NCBI GenBank assembly: GCA_012295275.1
Contig: CM022670.1
Coordinates: 31,558,001 to 31,622,000 of the forward strand
Direction: 5' to 3'
Origin: Chrysomallon squamiferum
Taxonomy: Eukaryota; Animalia; Mollusca
Length of the DNA stretch: 64,000 nucleotides
Position numbers and translations under genes: made by a program
Part shown: in pieces, positions 24,601 to 39,292 of the stretch
How positions within the stretch are numbered: the first letter of the stretch is position 1
How the letters are laid out: the number at the start of each line of letters is the position of its first letter
Notes under the pieces: generated by a model
Database searches by the model: none
What the model saw: the letters and a program-made list of their open reading frames with translations, nothing else
Told to the model about the DNA's origin: nothing

Positions 24601-27600
24601 CTAATGGGCAATTCCATGCATTGAACATGATCGTATTTTGTCTGCTTACCAGAAACACACACACACACACACACACATACACACACATGCACACCCCAAC
24701 AAAAACCATCAGCTTTATTTATGAATGTGTTTAAAACATCAAATTTTTTTCAACTAAATACCAAATATTGGAAGGGTGGGTGGAGCAAAAAATACAGTTG
24801 CATCTTAACCTAAACTTTAAAACAGTTATGATATACTGATGAATTTGTATTATTATTTTCTTAAATCGTCGTACATTTAAATGTGGAATCACACTATTGC
24901 TGATTTGTTATCTTTGGATAACATTTGTAATAAAATAATTTAGAAAGCAAAGAACATCATAAACTACAGAGAAAAAGGACAGCAGCCACTACCCCTAACA
25001 TACATAAATATACTTGTTGAAATAATTTAAACGCTAAGTAACTATTGTTGTTGTATTCTTTTATCGTGTTTCTAAGTTTTAAGTAGTGACCGTTTTGGAT
25101 CAACATATTAGTGATTATTTTTTTCGCTGTTTCATATTAAATAAATGAATATATTTGGTGATATTTAATGATTATATGCATTTAATCTCAATGAATAAAT
25201 GTATTTTCCCATTATCATGATTTTTCATGCAGATTATAAATGTTATTTCTTGTCAGAATGCTTTCATAGATCTGAACAATTTTATTCATCATTCTACTAT
25301 GTTTTAAATTAATAAATTAAGTATTATCATTGATGGTCTGCCTTAGATGCATAAATAAAAAATGCATTTTGTCATTTACAAAAATGTGCAAACAACTGAT
25401 TAAGTTAGTAATAGTCATACCAGTTATTTAATAATATAAATAGATGTTCATGTAATTTCATGCAATCTTAATTTCTGCTCTCAGGACATTCTGTGCTTGG
25501 AACTGCCCTAATTATTTTATAATTATTTTATTTTCATACTGATGATATAAACCCTCAATAATACATATGTATTGTTATGCAATCAAAATGATTATTTTCA
25601 CCTACATATTGTTGATTAAAGCAAACTGGAATCAGTAAGTATTATTTATTATAACTGGGGATTAAGTGCTTTAATATTTGTTTCCAGTATATGAAAACAG
25701 ATTTTTTTTAACAAGATGACAAAAAGAAAGGTCACTTTGTTTCCAGCATTTTAAAAGTTAAACAACAGAAGAAAATAATTACCTTTAAAAACGGTTACAA
25801 ATGTGGTATATGTTGCAATAAAAATTAGTAATTTGTTATCATAAAAGGAGGTAAGAAGTCAGATGTATATACATTTACGTGTGTGTGTGTGTTGTTGTGT
25901 GTGTAAATTAGTAAATAAATACCAAGTTGATAGCTTCATAATGTATTAATTTCTTACAAAGTTAAGCTTAAGAAACTGGTGAGTAAAGGGACTCACTTGT
26001 TGACAACAAGAAATGAAGTCAGGCTGAGCATTTTATTGAATGTGTATGTATGTATCTGGATAAAAAAGTGGAATATTAGACTGGTACAAAAAACTAAATC
26101 CATTTAATTTATTCCAAATCAGACATTAATATTTCTTTAAAACAAGATGTTAATATATGCATTTATTCATTAATTTTTTAAAAAAATTTTGGAGGGGGGA
26201 GACAAAGGCATTCTTTACTAAAATGTCTAAAGCATTTGTTATGATTTGGATTTTATTCAGTAGCATTAATGAAATGTTCTACCCTATGTTTTCATATTTT
26301 AGTACAAATAAAACTTTACTATAATTATTATTCTGATTCAGGTTCATATATAATTAGATATTTCATATTTTAGTTACTGTGTCAGTCTGTATACCAGCAT
26401 AAACATGGCACAAATAACAAATACTTTTTTTTGTAAAGTATTATGTTAATTACAGTTTGAAGTAAAATTAATTTAATTTTTTTCTCAGTGGACATTATTG
26501 AAATGTCTGAATTAACACCATCTATAAAGAGAACTGTAAATAATAACAAATGCATACTCTCTCTCTCTCTCTCTCTTATTTTATACTTACAAAGCCAGAA
26601 CATGAATAAAATGTATAAATATGGTGTAGACAGTGTTTACTGACTGTAAGGCAGGTTTCAGGGTTGCTCTAAGGCATTTTTATTTACCAACTGATGAGTG
26701 AAGGTTAATATATGGTATATTTGTGTGCGTGAATATATGCCAGATATACTGGCTAATAATTCTGAAAATCATGTTGTTTTGATACCACATTGCTGGCAAC
26801 ATATCACAAGTAATAAAATTAGGATCATGTTTGTTGATGGTTTCTGACTGACATTCTACTTTGCATTATAAAGCACTGATACTAATGATTACATGTTTTT
26901 AAACTTTTCAGTTAGTTCAATTTTTTGAACACATTTTTGTGTTACCATAACCTAGATAACCATTTCAATTATTAAAAAAAAAAATTATTATTATTACTAT
27001 TATTATTTTAAATAATAATAAACAAAAATATTTGTGCATTAAAACTTGTTAACTCGTAATGGTGGTAACATTTAGCTCAGTGTATGTGTACTAAAAGGTG
27101 CATATTCTGAAATTATTGAAAATGGTGGTTCCCTAGCCCTAGATCTTGGTATAATCAGATTTGCTGTCTGTCAGTGTACCAATACAGATAGTGTGACATT
27201 ATATATGTATCAGTAGTTATTTACATTATTAATACAGTTTTCAGTATTAATATTATTATTTTTATTATTATTTGTAGTTTTATTTTTTAGTTTATCAAAT
27301 ACAGTTAATTTTACATAATTATTTAGTAATGAAATTTCACGTGGCAAATACATTCTTGAATGAGTATAGTTAATGTGAATCACAGAAATGAATCATGGCT
27401 ACATTAATCAGTAAATATATTTGGTTTATTATGTTGGGAAGGCCATTTTTTCAGTGTCATTTAAAAATCGGACCAGGAATTTCATTCATATCCAGACTGA
27501 AGTTGTTAAAATATGAATAATTATTATTATTATTATTATTATTGTTAGTATTATTATTATTTTAATTGTTAACATAATGGTGTTGGTTATTCAAAGTTCT

Positions 27601-30600
27601 TTGATTTTGTTTGAGAGCTATATAGCAAAATTATTATGTAATAACTAAATTGCAAAATCAAGCTGTGTGTATGTGTAAGATCAGTAAGAATTCAGTTTAT
27701 ATCAGAAATTGAGTAGTCATTTATTAATATCATTATGATCATTCTTGCTGACATTATGATTATTAATGAAGTTAATTTGAACTCTAAAAGAACAATCTCG
27801 GGTAATTTTACAGAAAAATTAGTTTAATTTTATAGCAGTTTATTCAATTACCTCATCATTTTTCTAACAGATGATTTATACAACTTTAAACAGCTCATGT
27901 GAATTTTAATTTAAAACTTGTCACATTTTTCATTTTTCTTTTCTTTTCTTTTCCTAAAATTGCATCCTTTCCTGCATTGCATTTTATAAAAATAAAAAGT
28001 GTTTAACCTTCATGTTTGCATATTTATATAAAGTTTATAAAAAAAACAATTATAAATAAAAAAAAATAAAAAAAGGACAGTTTTAATAATATTAATAGAC
28101 AAGTAATGAGAATAAAATGTTTATAATTGATATAAGAATGAAAGTAATTTTATTTTATTTTATTTTTTTAACAGAAGGCGACGTAGCAGTCGTGAGGGAT
28201 ATTTTGAAGGTCCACGCTTCAAAAGAAGTAGGGGAGACTTTGAGAGAAATGGTAAATATAAATCAGTAAACAATACATTTTAAAGACTAGCACAAAGTAG
28301 TTTATCTGACTGCATAATGTGTATTGTTGTTTTTATACCTTATTAAATTTCTTCTTCTTTCTTTCCTGACATATTTTTAAGTGAAAAAAAACAAAAACGA
28401 AATTAAGGTACATGCTGTGGGCTATTTTGTTTTTGGTAAATATTGACTGATCTATAAATAAATTTGTTTTTAAAGTCTACATATATATTCAGTTCTTTTT
28501 GTTCTTTTTTATTTACTTGTTAAAAGAGCATCATCATAAAAGTGCTTCATTGGTCCAGTTTTTATAATTTATTTCTTAACTAAATATTTATTTGTTCATT
28601 TTAGAATTTTTCCGAGGCAGAAGAATGGATAGGTATGCAAAGTGTTATTAATAGTAAAAGTAGTATTTTATCACTGCTATTTTACACAGGCCAAATGGGT
28701 ATTATGGCATGTTCCATCTCTTGTCATTTATCAAAATGTTTCAGTTAAATTAAAAACTTGTTATGAAATTAATGTATTCAAGATGTAACAGTATCATAAG
28801 GAATGACAGATGATTGTCTGATATTTTAAGTTATTTTTAGGTAAAGTTTTAAGTTCATTTCTCTATTAATGATCCTATCATTTTAAAATATAGTATTTTG
28901 AGGTATTGAATTCATTTCAAATATATCTGAAATTTTTTCAATAATTAAAATGTTTGTGTTTTACAAGTTTTTCCTTTTTAGTGTAATTATATGATCATGT
29001 TTGATTTTTAGACCTCCTCGTGGTTTTCCTGGTGTGCGAAGAGAAACTATCATTAATGGAGTAAGTGATAAACACAAATTTAATTCTTACACAGTGGGTG
29101 AGGCTGTATCTTTCCTGAAGACCATATATCTAGAATTAGAATAAATAAAAAATGTTCGTGAAAATTTTGTTTATATTTGTTAAAAATTTGAAAAATAAAA
29201 AGGAAAGAAAATATTGTTTACTAAACATCAATACTTCTGCAGTGCAAACACTAAAACATTTATCCAAACCAAAGCTTGTAGCTTTTTTGTTTCACGGAAA
29301 TGGTTACTCTTTTATCTCTTTTATTTAATTATCCCATCTTTGAATAATTTATATTTTAGTTAACTGTGGGAGTGAGGCCTAACAGAACAAAAGCAGACCC
29401 ATAATAGGTTTCTTAATTTAAACATGATAGCTGATAATTACTTTAAGTATTTCAACTTAAATTATCTGGTTCAGTTTAAAAGTAATTTATTGTATGCAGT
29501 CTTTTCCTCTACCTGTTCATAATGTGAAACAGACAATGCTTCTTAAAAACATTTGTTTGAAATGAAAGGCAAACCAGTTTTAAATGATAATCATAATAAA
29601 CAAAAGCAGCTTCAGATTAGCAGCATAACTAATGTCATACTTAACATTTTAATAAACATACCAGAATGACCAAGTAGTTATAAGGAATCTATCAGTTTTG
29701 TTTGTTTGTTTTGCCAGAATTCATTTCAGTCTTCTGAAATGCCCGAGGATCATATGTGTGTGAGTTACAAATAAAATTTCATGGTGATATTGTTCAGGTC
29801 TATCCTTTCCAATTATTCCTCTAACACAGCTATTAATGGGTTCTTTTGGTATAAATCCTCAGTTGCTATTCCCAATACATTATTTCCTTTTAAGATTTCT
29901 TGTTACTGTCATTCCCTGCAAAGGTATTTATTTACATAAATTGTTGATAAACAAGTCCCATTCTGTTGCATATTTTGGTTTAGGAAAGATAAAATAAACA
30001 AAAATCTACATTATAGGATTAAAAGTAGCATGCTTAATTTTTGGTTACAAAACATGAAATTCTATGCAGTAAACTGGGAGCTTCGTAGTATTTGGTTTAT
30101 GGAATTTAAGGTGATGGTGATTCAGTAATATACAGTACACATAAGGGTATTCTGAAGTAGTTTTCAGTTCTTAAACAAAATTATTTTATCGTACTTCGGA
30201 TAACCTCAAACTGTTGTGTAGCTATAAATTTGTTTTTAGTTAACAAAGACACAAATGAAGTTTTCAGACCAGACATTACATTAATTTTTAGAGTCTGAGA
30301 ATGTGTTTTTTTTATTTAAATCTTTGTTGTATTTGCCTCTGATGTTAGTGACCTGAATATCACTATTTTAACTTGAGTATTAAAAAATGAATACAAATAT
30401 AAAGCAAAATATTTTTTGTTTTAGTTGTTTTAAATCTTTATTAATCTTTTTATATTGCAGTCCTACAGTGACTACATTCGAGAGTTTGCTCATGTTAGAC
30501 CACCACCTCCACCCATGCCACCTTATGGCCCTCCAGTGAGTATTGTAACATACTGATATTTATACTGATGGCAAGTATTTTACAAATGATGTGCTTTTGT

Positions 30601-31635
30601 TATTTGATAAAATAATTGGTGGAGTTAGGTGGAATGTTTGATCATAATTTTCAAGCTAATTATTATTTTATTTACACACACAAACTTAAAAATGTATGAA
30701 ATTTTTTGCTGAGGCATGTTCTTCTGGTAATAATACTTATTTATTTATTTTTATTTCATTTTATTTTATTATATTTTATTTTAAATAAAACCATTCTCAC
30801 TTTATTATTTTTGAAAAATGATCTTGCTTTTCATAGTCTTCATAATTGTCTTCATATATCTAAAGCTAGTTTTATTTACTGTTTTTCTTTTATTAACAAT
30901 GGATTTATTAATAAAAAAAATTCTAAAACTTTATTTGAGCTAGAATTGTATAACAGTTCTGCATTTAAAATAGTTTAATTAAATTTCTCTTTCCTTGTAT
31001 TTAATTTTCTTGATTTACATTTATTATTTATATTTAATTTTAGCCTCCTGGATATTTCCAAGCACCTCCAGATTACCGGGGCTATGGAAGCCAGCATCAG
31101 CAGCCAAGAAATTTCCTGCCCAGCAGTGAGTACAGATCAGAATCAAGCCACTCAAGGAGCAGTGACAAAAGATCTGTAAGTACTGTTAGTGTTAGAACAT
31201 TTCATTTGTGTACAGATAACATAATTGATTCTCATTATATTTTTGACAGTTTGCTATAACTGCATGTATAACAAATTGATAAAAATTAGAACTAAATGCA
31301 TATTTTATTTCACCAAGTTAGAGATAAAACAAAAATTTAGATTTCAGATGTTTTTGATCTTTGTAAAGTCTAATAAATATACTCTAGAAGACTGATCTAG
31401 AAGCTTTTATAGCTATTTTCAGTTTGGTGAATATTGAATTTAAAATGATATATATATATTTATTTCTGACTTTCAGTATGAAAGAGATGTTGATGATTTC
31501 TTGAGGCGAACGACACATGGAGCAAGTGGTTCAAGATCAGGTGATCGGGACCGAGACCGGGACCGAGACCGGGACCATCATCGCAGTCGGGACAGAGACC
31601 GAATGGACCGTGATCGTTACAGAGACCGAAGATAA
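15695..31635 (+). CDS. YTHDC1: YTH domain-containing protein 1 (nuclear m6A reader), about 669 aa
   Basis: Coding exons 15695-15722, 17595-17684 (VNVLDDIL), 18419-18688, 18911-19003, 19266-19481, 20611-20832, 21233-21381 ([25 protein letters not shown]), 21608-21662 ([15 protein letters not shown]), 21804-21921 ([22 protein letters not shown]), 22174-22258 ([16 protein letters not shown]), 22520-22683, 28175-28251, 28605-28632, 29012-29060, 30461-30535 (SYSDYIREF), 31044-31175, 31477-31635 ([14 protein letters not shown] repeats, TAA). Total 2010 nt, in frame. Confidence 0.96.
15963..16842. mobile_element. Non-autonomous Tc1/mariner-pogo (Tigger-like) MITE, 880 bp, in YTHDC1 intron 1
   Basis: TA target duplications flank imperfect TIRs CAGTATTCCCTCGCTATTCGCGG ... 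CCGCGAATAGGTGAGGGTATACTG, with subterminal CCGCGAAT repeats at both ends and no transposase ORF. Confidence 0.9.
17982..18349. mobile_element. Possible old degenerate MITE in YTHDC1 intron 2
   Basis: The left end AGGACTACTGCTCCTCCCCAGACAGCTGCTCCCC and the right end GAGGGCATCTGTCCAAGAGCAATTGTCCT are loosely inverted copies of a GGACAxxTGCxCC unit. Confidence 0.35.
19641..19706 (+). CDS. YTHDC1: Candidate in-frame 66-nt cassette exon of YTHDC1
   Basis: TTTTTGGCAG acceptor and AAG|GTTGGT donor, phase 1-1 matching the flanking exons, open frame (G)[21 protein letters not shown]. Confidence 0.5.
23043..23729 (+). other. Candidate m6A-motif-rich poison exon or regulated segment in the long YTHDC1 intron
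   Basis: Eight sense GGAC(T/A) motifs, an acceptor TTGTTACAG ending 23042, a donor ATG|GTATGT at 23730 and an in-frame TAA at 23083-23085. Confidence 0.55.
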
Positions 31636-34425
31636 AAATCAACAAAACTTAGTGTGTTAAGAGAGAATGTTGTAAATAAGAGAAAATGATGTGTTTCCTA
31701 CTGATATAATGTTTAGAGCATATGTAAACTAACAGTTTGTTAGAAACTTCAGTTCAGTGGGGTTAAGAGGCATGGCTAATGCTGTAACCTCAAGTTAAAA
31801 TATTGAAGTATTTTTTGCTTCTGAGAAATCCTGGCAAATCATTTTGATATGTAGATGTATTAATTTTAACTGAGCCTTATATTTATATATATTTTTATTA
31901 TATTATCATTATTTTTAGTTATTATGAAGTATTGTATAGAAATTTAAATATTGGAATTCAGTTTTAATGGAGTACGAAAGTAATGTTGTTAATTTGTACA
32001 TTGTATTATTTCTTTTTTTCTTCTGTAATGAGAAATGTTTGACTTCATTGGTTCCTTTACCTTTAGTATTTGTACAGGATTTTTTCAGAAAAAAATAAAT
32101 GAATGTTTAATGGATGAGTTTAAAGACATCTAAAATAACATGGAACTGTGTTGTAAATGAGGTATGGAGTTTTTTTTTGGGGGGGGTAATGAAAGAATCA
32201 ATGATGCATTTATTGTTTGAATTGCAAGAATGTGTAAAAAAGAAATTTTGTCAATTTGTCTTGCAATTAAACTGACAGTTTCACATATTAGAAATCTCAG
32301 ATCTGAATATTTTGTATTTCTACCATTTGTCATTTTCATTGCTTGCAGTCTGTTTAATGAGAAACTGATTAGAAACTGGGGTACAAGCATTTGCTTTGTC
32401 CAGTGTTTTGAATCTTCCATTCAAATAGCATATGTATACAAATTTGGTGGATTGTTCAGCAGAGCTTTATTGTGATATTTGATAATGTAATTTTGTTATA
32501 CATGTACAGCTCTTTGTGGTGTGGATTAATGTCAGTTTAAGGATTGACATTTTAATTTTTATATTTCTATTTCATGTTCAAACATACTTTGATAAATGTT
32601 GATCACATTCAGTTAAAAATGAGATCTATTTCTTAATTTCATTTTATCTCTCTTCAGATGTCATAAGAAATGTTATGCTAACTTTTCATTATGGATTGTT
32701 TTCAGCATTGTGTCTTTTTCTTCTTTTTTCTCTTTTTTTAAAATGACAGGATACATTACTGATACAGGATAAACCTTTGATAAAACTTTGTAAGCACATT
32801 TGTCAAATTTATTTTTGTATCAAGTCAAGACAGCTATTATGTTCATGTCATAAAAATGAAATAATTTGCCAGCAATGCACTTTTATTATATTTTTCCAGT
32901 TTTGGGCACTTAATATGTAAAAACAAAGTTGACATTTTTTAAAATTATAATTCATTCATCTACTCAGTTGTTTGACTCCAGTAACTGATGGATATTTTGT
33001 GCTGTGACATTAAACATATTCATTCTTACACAATTTTTCATAAGCTTGAAAGTTGTGTTATAATGAAGATGTTTTCTGAAACATTTTGTGCTTATGCAAA
33101 ATGTTATTAACAATGCAGATTTCTGTCATTAAACTTCTGCAGAATGTTGTCTCTTGTTAATTTATTTATATTGATCTCTTTATTCAGCCTGCTTTTTTTT
33201 TTTTTAAAGCATCAAAAATTGAAATAAATTAGGAAAGTCAAATATATCAAATTGAATTTTCCTTAAACACTACACATTTTATAACATTATCAAGTTTATC
33301 ATTATTAAATTTATCATCAGGGAACTTTATTTCTTAAAATTTTCTGGGCTGGATTTGACATTTTGGTTATGCTGGGATTTCTTTTATACTGGTATAGTTC
33401 AAATTGTTAATAAGGATATGATTTGTAGTGTATTTGTACTTAAACACATCTCATTTTTGGTGGAACAAGCAGAGTGGTTCAGTTTATTTTGTATTCAAAA
33501 TAATAATATTTGGATCAGATGTTCAATATAAATTTTTGTAAATGCACAAAGGCATTAATCAGAAATTCATGTTAATTGTTTTTGTTTATTTATATTAGTC
33601 ATGTTCATTTAAACTGAAATAAATTCATAAGTATCATCAGTAATTCCCACATTTTTTATTTTTACAAATTTCATTTATTCATGGTAAAGTTAAGACCAGC
33701 CAATAAAATATTGTAGTGCTTTCGTATATTAACTTACATAACAAGCAAGCTTGTTGAATCCTTGTTATCTGTAATCATTTAAAATTCATTAAGTGAAAGG
33801 CAGAATGTATTTTATAAAATATTTATGCCATCTTTTATAAAAAAAATTCTCAAACTTTTTTCATTATTTGTGTATATTGCTGAAAAATGTCTCAATTCAT
33901 TACTAAAATCATTAAAAAAAACCCAGATCCTCCCTGTAAATAGTTACAGAAAATTAAGCTATTTAATCACTTGGAAAAAGATTTCATTTTATATCGAAAA
34001 TAAAACACTGAAAGTTAAACACTTGAATTTTTTTTTAAATTGTTATAGTTAAAATAACAGATGAAAGTAGCTTGTTCTGTCTTTTGAGGGGAGATGAAGC
34101 ATATACTAAAATTAAAATTTTATTAATGTGAATTTTTTGTTTTTTTGTGTTTTTAATTACTATATTATAATTACTGCATTTTTCGCATTTAGTTTCATTT
34201 TTTTATAAAAGAGTTATAATTCAAAATAACTTTGCAGTGGTGAAGCATTTAGAAATTTAAGAACTTGTAAGATCGTAATTGTTTTTGATGACAAATATCA
34301 AATTAGTCTGGATATAAACCAACAATTCATTTTCATTACTTTTTCTCTGTAATCATCTTTTCTTACATTTACATTGAAAGTTGTTGATGGTGAAATGAAA
34401 GTGGCTAAGAAATTGTCATTGTGTA

Positions 34426-34431
34426 AATAAA
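34426..34431 (+). terminator. Candidate distal polyadenylation signal of YTHDC1 (3' UTR about 2.8 kb)
   Basis: TGTA-AATAAA followed about 20 nt later by a GT/T-rich tract (TTTGTTGTTTGTTT), just before the convergent SLC51A 3' end. Confidence 0.5.
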
Positions 34432-35001
34432 AACTTTGTGAAAATTTTTATTTGTTGTTTGTTTATTCAAGTAGAAATAGTTTACATTGATGTGTAATTG
34501 TTGGAATGTCAGTTATTTTTTTTAATTTTATTTTTTTAATCAGTGAAAACTAGAAATGTGGAAAAGTGCTTATCCTTAACAGCAGGAAGAACTCATTTTT
34601 AAAAGCAATTTAGGCCTTAAAATGATTAAGGAACATACTTGTCAGAATAAAATTTAAAAACATAATTTAGATGCAAGTGGAATTATGACATTTAAAAACA
34701 TTAAGAAAAAAGAAAAGGTAAAATGTATTTCACAAAATATTTATTTTTACAGAATCTTTCAACTTAAAGCTGTTGCTGATAATAAAACTTGGCCAAATAG
34801 AATTATCAGCTAATTCTTTAATTTAATAATAGACATACAAACATGGATAGTTTATGAACAACAAAAACTTAAAAAAAGCAAAAAAAACCAACAACTTTAC
34901 AACAAATTTTTTTTGATCACATCCAAGTATTTCTTGACCGCAATTATTTTAACTATTCATTGTTTAATATATTAATTCTGTTTGTAAATGCATTGTTACT
35001 G

Positions 35002-38000
35002 TCAGTGTTCTGCCTGTTGTTCTGTTTGTCTTTGCTGATCCGTCACACTTTCAACTGTCACATCAGTATTTTTAATTTCACCAGTTGTGATGGGCTCCTC
35101 TGGGGTTCTGTAGTAGAAGCGTGCTATCATTGAAAGCACAAACATTTCACCAATCAGCAACATGTTATTAAAAGCTGCATAAAAGAAATCATATTTTATT
35201 ACTATAAAAAATATTAAATAAATATATAAATAAATAAAAACGCGCAAGAATTCAAAGTTACAACTGATTTCTTTTCTTCTTTTTTCTTTATTTATTGATT
35301 GTTTGATTTTTATTAATATTTTTAAATTTATTAATTTTTTTTTTTCTTGTATTGCTACTGCAAATTATTATTTCAAATCTGTTTTGTATTAATATGGAAT
35401 TTATAAAATAAAATAAATGTAGTTGGTAAATTACACTTGTTTTCTCCTCAATATTGCAATGTAATAAAAACTTAATTACCATTTCCTTTTGCCATGGATG
35501 TAATATAACCAGTGCAAGCAGGGATATTGTAGTGACTTAGAACTGTAAAAATCAATTGTTGAATGCTTGTAATGAGCATAACGATCTTCAGATTTAAATA
35601 TTTTGCCTTTATATAGAATTTTTGGAGATATTTTCTAGAAGCTCGGAATAAAAGAACCAGACCATAAACTGCTACAACAGAAGAAATGACATTTATCACT
35701 GTCAGGTAGATGAAAGAATCGTAGATGGCAATCTGAAAATAAGTATATATTTAACATTTTTAACATCAAAAAATAAAAAGATAATGTATGTCTAGTTGTC
35801 ATTTATTTTGATAAATAAATAAATAATACTGAAGCAGATTTATCAGACTCCTTTAACACATGGAAACAATCTCTGAGAAATACTAATTATACCTGACTTC
35901 AAATGTAAATGTTTTATGATGGAAATAATACATACAGTTAATGAAATTACAGTAAGAAATTTATCACGATTTCTTCTCAGAACGTCTAGAAGAAATTTGA
36001 AATTATAATAAATGGCAATTACCAAAGTTAATTCATTCATTCAGTTTATAATTGTATTCCAATATTGCTTTCATCTGATTTTTAATGGTTTACGTTTGTA
36101 AATAAGTGTAAATGAAAATACTATTACACACCTTTCCTTTCGTGTATCTACCATCAGTCCACATAACAGCGGCTAAAAACTTGAGAACTGGGCGCAGGAA
36201 TATCAGCTGATGAACCAAACATTTTATCCACCACAGATTCCGTCTAATAATTATTCATTTTCATATAGCAAATACATAAATTTCAATTTTTAAGTTGTTT
36301 TTTGTTTTTGTTGTTTTATTGGTCAGTATTTGTGTCCTGAATTTCGAAATGTTTCTGAATATTATTATGTGTGAAATCATCGATTTGTCTGTTGATAATT
36401 ATATTCATAAACAATGAATACGCATATTTATTATCATTATTTTTATTATTATACAAAGGGTATTATTTGAACAAGCAATTCGTAGATTTACAAATTATTT
36501 TGTTTAATTACAAATAATTAATAATAATAATGATGATGATGATGATAAAAATTTGTGTATTTGTTTATGTTTACCTAGTAAGTTTTATTTTAGGACAACA
36601 ACAAATACAACAAGCCAATGGTGGACTTCGTAATGGAATTTCATCTTCCATCATTGTTCTAACCATGTTTGTTTCACCTCCATGATAATGGATGATAAGA
36701 CGCATAAAGATATCCAGCGACAAAGAAATATATCTAGAAAAAATAAATATTAAATAAAAATAAATATAGTATAAGGACTCCATGTTAAACACTAATTTTG
36801 AAGAATGATTTCTCTTTAATCCATTACAAGGAATTTGAAAAACTTTAAAAATTAAATTTCCCCAAAACCATTAAGATCAATAATTTGTTAATTTTTAAGA
36901 ATGATTTCTCTTTAATTCATTATCTGGGCTTCAAAACATTTTTATTTTTATTATTTTTTTTTTTTAAATCAATAATTTATAAATCCATTATTTCAACATT
37001 TTAACAAAATATTTAATTTCCACCACTAGGCCATAGTAAGTGATATTTTACATATATCAAATTTATTTCAGCTAATTAAAGGCAAGAAAATACTTACACT
37101 GATGAAACAAGACTATTAATAACGGACGATCTTGGAACAGCAATTGCCAACAAGGAGGTTAATGATATTACCTTTAAATAATAATTAAAGAAACATTATT
37201 ACATATTTCATTTAAAGATAACAGCATTAACCTTTATTATTATTATTTAAACAAAATAAAAAAAATTATAAATAAATAAATAAATAAGAACCAATTTAAA
37301 ATATAAAATAATAAATAATAAATTAATAAATAAATTAACATATAAATAAAAATATAGAACGTCAGAAAAATAATTATACACGAACCGGATGGAGGCCAAT
37401 TTGCCACACAGAAAAAACTTTGGTCTGCCAGCAGTGATAATGTCTAAACAGAAACCAGACATTCTCGAAAAATATGAAGCAGACGACAAACGTAAATACG
37501 CCGCAGATGATACAAAGTATGAACTCGGTTGTGGAAATATCTTGAAGAGAGAGAAAGAATAATAAAATAATTTTTGAATCTAATCTGAAAACATAATTTT
37601 ATTTGAAGGAATGGCAAGCAATAGTAATAGTGGTTTATATAATGTGATAAACGCTATAGTAGTAATTTCAGTAAGAGTAGTTACATTTACTGTTATAGTT
37701 AGGATAACAATAACAGCAGTAGCAGTGTAGTAATAGTAGTATTTGTAGTACTACTAATAATAAATTTAAAAAAAAAAAAAATTATAATAACAACAATATT
37801 TTATTTAACAGTTACTCATAACACCTGAACTGGGGTATAGTAATGACTTACTGTGAGAGGATCAGATCTACACACCGAGAGTCTCACTTAAACCGGCAAT
37901 GTTCAACGCATATGTCACGGAAGCCAAAACAAAGCTCCCGAAAGGCGCTAAATTCAAAAGCAATCAGGTTAATATATATATAACCGGTCTATTGGATTTT

Positions 38001-38408
38001 TCGATTTCTGAAGCCAGATAAATGGTAGTGGTGGTAGATATAATATTTTATTTTTGCAGGCTGTTTCTTTTCATTACAACTAACTTTTACAAATGTATTG
38101 TGAAAAAAAAAAAAAAAAAAAACCTTTATCAACTGTGGTGTCCATATTTTTCACAAATCCTTGTACATAGTAGTGATTTTAACAACTATTTTACAAAGCA
38201 ATTAAAAATAAATACCTTTGAAATATTTATTCGAATAGGGCAACGGATCCGAGCAGTGGTCAGTGTCATTGCTGTTTTAATAACAAAACAAAGATAATGA
38301 TTAAAAGTGTTAAAAGAATAGATATATATATTCAGATACATTAAAGAGAAAAACATGAAAATATAAGTCGAAAAATATATAAAATTATAAAATAAGTAAA
38401 TTTAAGAA

Positions 38409-38452
<44 letters not shown>

Positions 38453-38840
38453 TAAAATAATAATAATAAAAAATATATTAAAATAAATAGAAGCAATAGA
38501 AACAGTAAATAAATAAATAAATAAATACTTTTTTTTATAATACCATAACAAAAATTATTTATTTATTTATTTATTATTATTATTATTTTAATTCCATACA
38601 ACACGTCTGACGCTTCATATCGACCATTTGATAAGGTTATCACACGATTTGATTGTGTCATTTATTATCGCAAAAAATAATGTCTAAACGAGATTTCTAA
38701 ATAGTCTAAATTTTAAAGAACATATGCAAAACTGTTTTGACTAACTGTGATTTGAAAAGAAACATGTCGAACAAATTGATACATATTATGATATTTGTGC
38801 TTTTAAAAATACAACCTTACCTGTCGATTTCACCGTTCAT
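35002..38840 (-). CDS. SLC51A: Organic solute transporter alpha-like protein, paralogue 1, about 333 aa
   Basis: Exons 38840-38821, 38271-38216, 37540-37386, 37171-37098 (VPRS), 36733-36575 (YHGG...PPLACCICCCP), 36243-36132 (QLIFLRP...WTDGRY), 35732-35480, 35174-35002 (LLIGEMFVLSMIARFYYR). Total 1002 nt in frame, with the multi-TM pattern and Cys cluster typical of OST-alpha. Confidence 0.9.
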
Positions 38841-39259
38841 GCTTCACTCGCAAAAATCAATATCAAAACATTAGCTGAAAGATAAAGTACAGAATACTAA
38901 TAGATATTATTATTCCAGGATAGCAATAACGATAGAAATAATAATAATAATAATAATAATAATATAACAAAAAACAAAACAACCCACACCTACGCCCTCC
39001 TGCCCACCCGTGAAACCTTTGGTTACACTATTATAAATATATAATGTATATTGTGAAATAACCGATAACCACTAAATGCACGGGCTCTAACGATTAAGTT
39101 ATTTGACAAATGCTATATGCAGGTGCTCCAATTTTTTTCAGATGCTAAATGGGAAATAGAAATATCTAAATCGTAATTTGTTTTTACATAACTGATTCTC
39201 TCTTTTTCTTCACACATTATAGACTTTTAACATTTTTGTATTGTGTAGAATGTTTTACC

Positions 39260-39292
<33 letters not shown>

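Noticed and set aside
24965-24973. TACAGAGAA, the METTL16 nonamer of U6/MAT2A, inside the long YTHDC1 intron
   Set aside because: No flanking stem is visible, and a rough estimate gives about 0.4 chance occurrences per strand in 64 kb of this composition.
31546-31632. GGGACCGAGACC tandem repeats rich in GGAC
   Set aside because: Explained by the coding RD dipeptide repeat of the YTHDC1 C-terminus.
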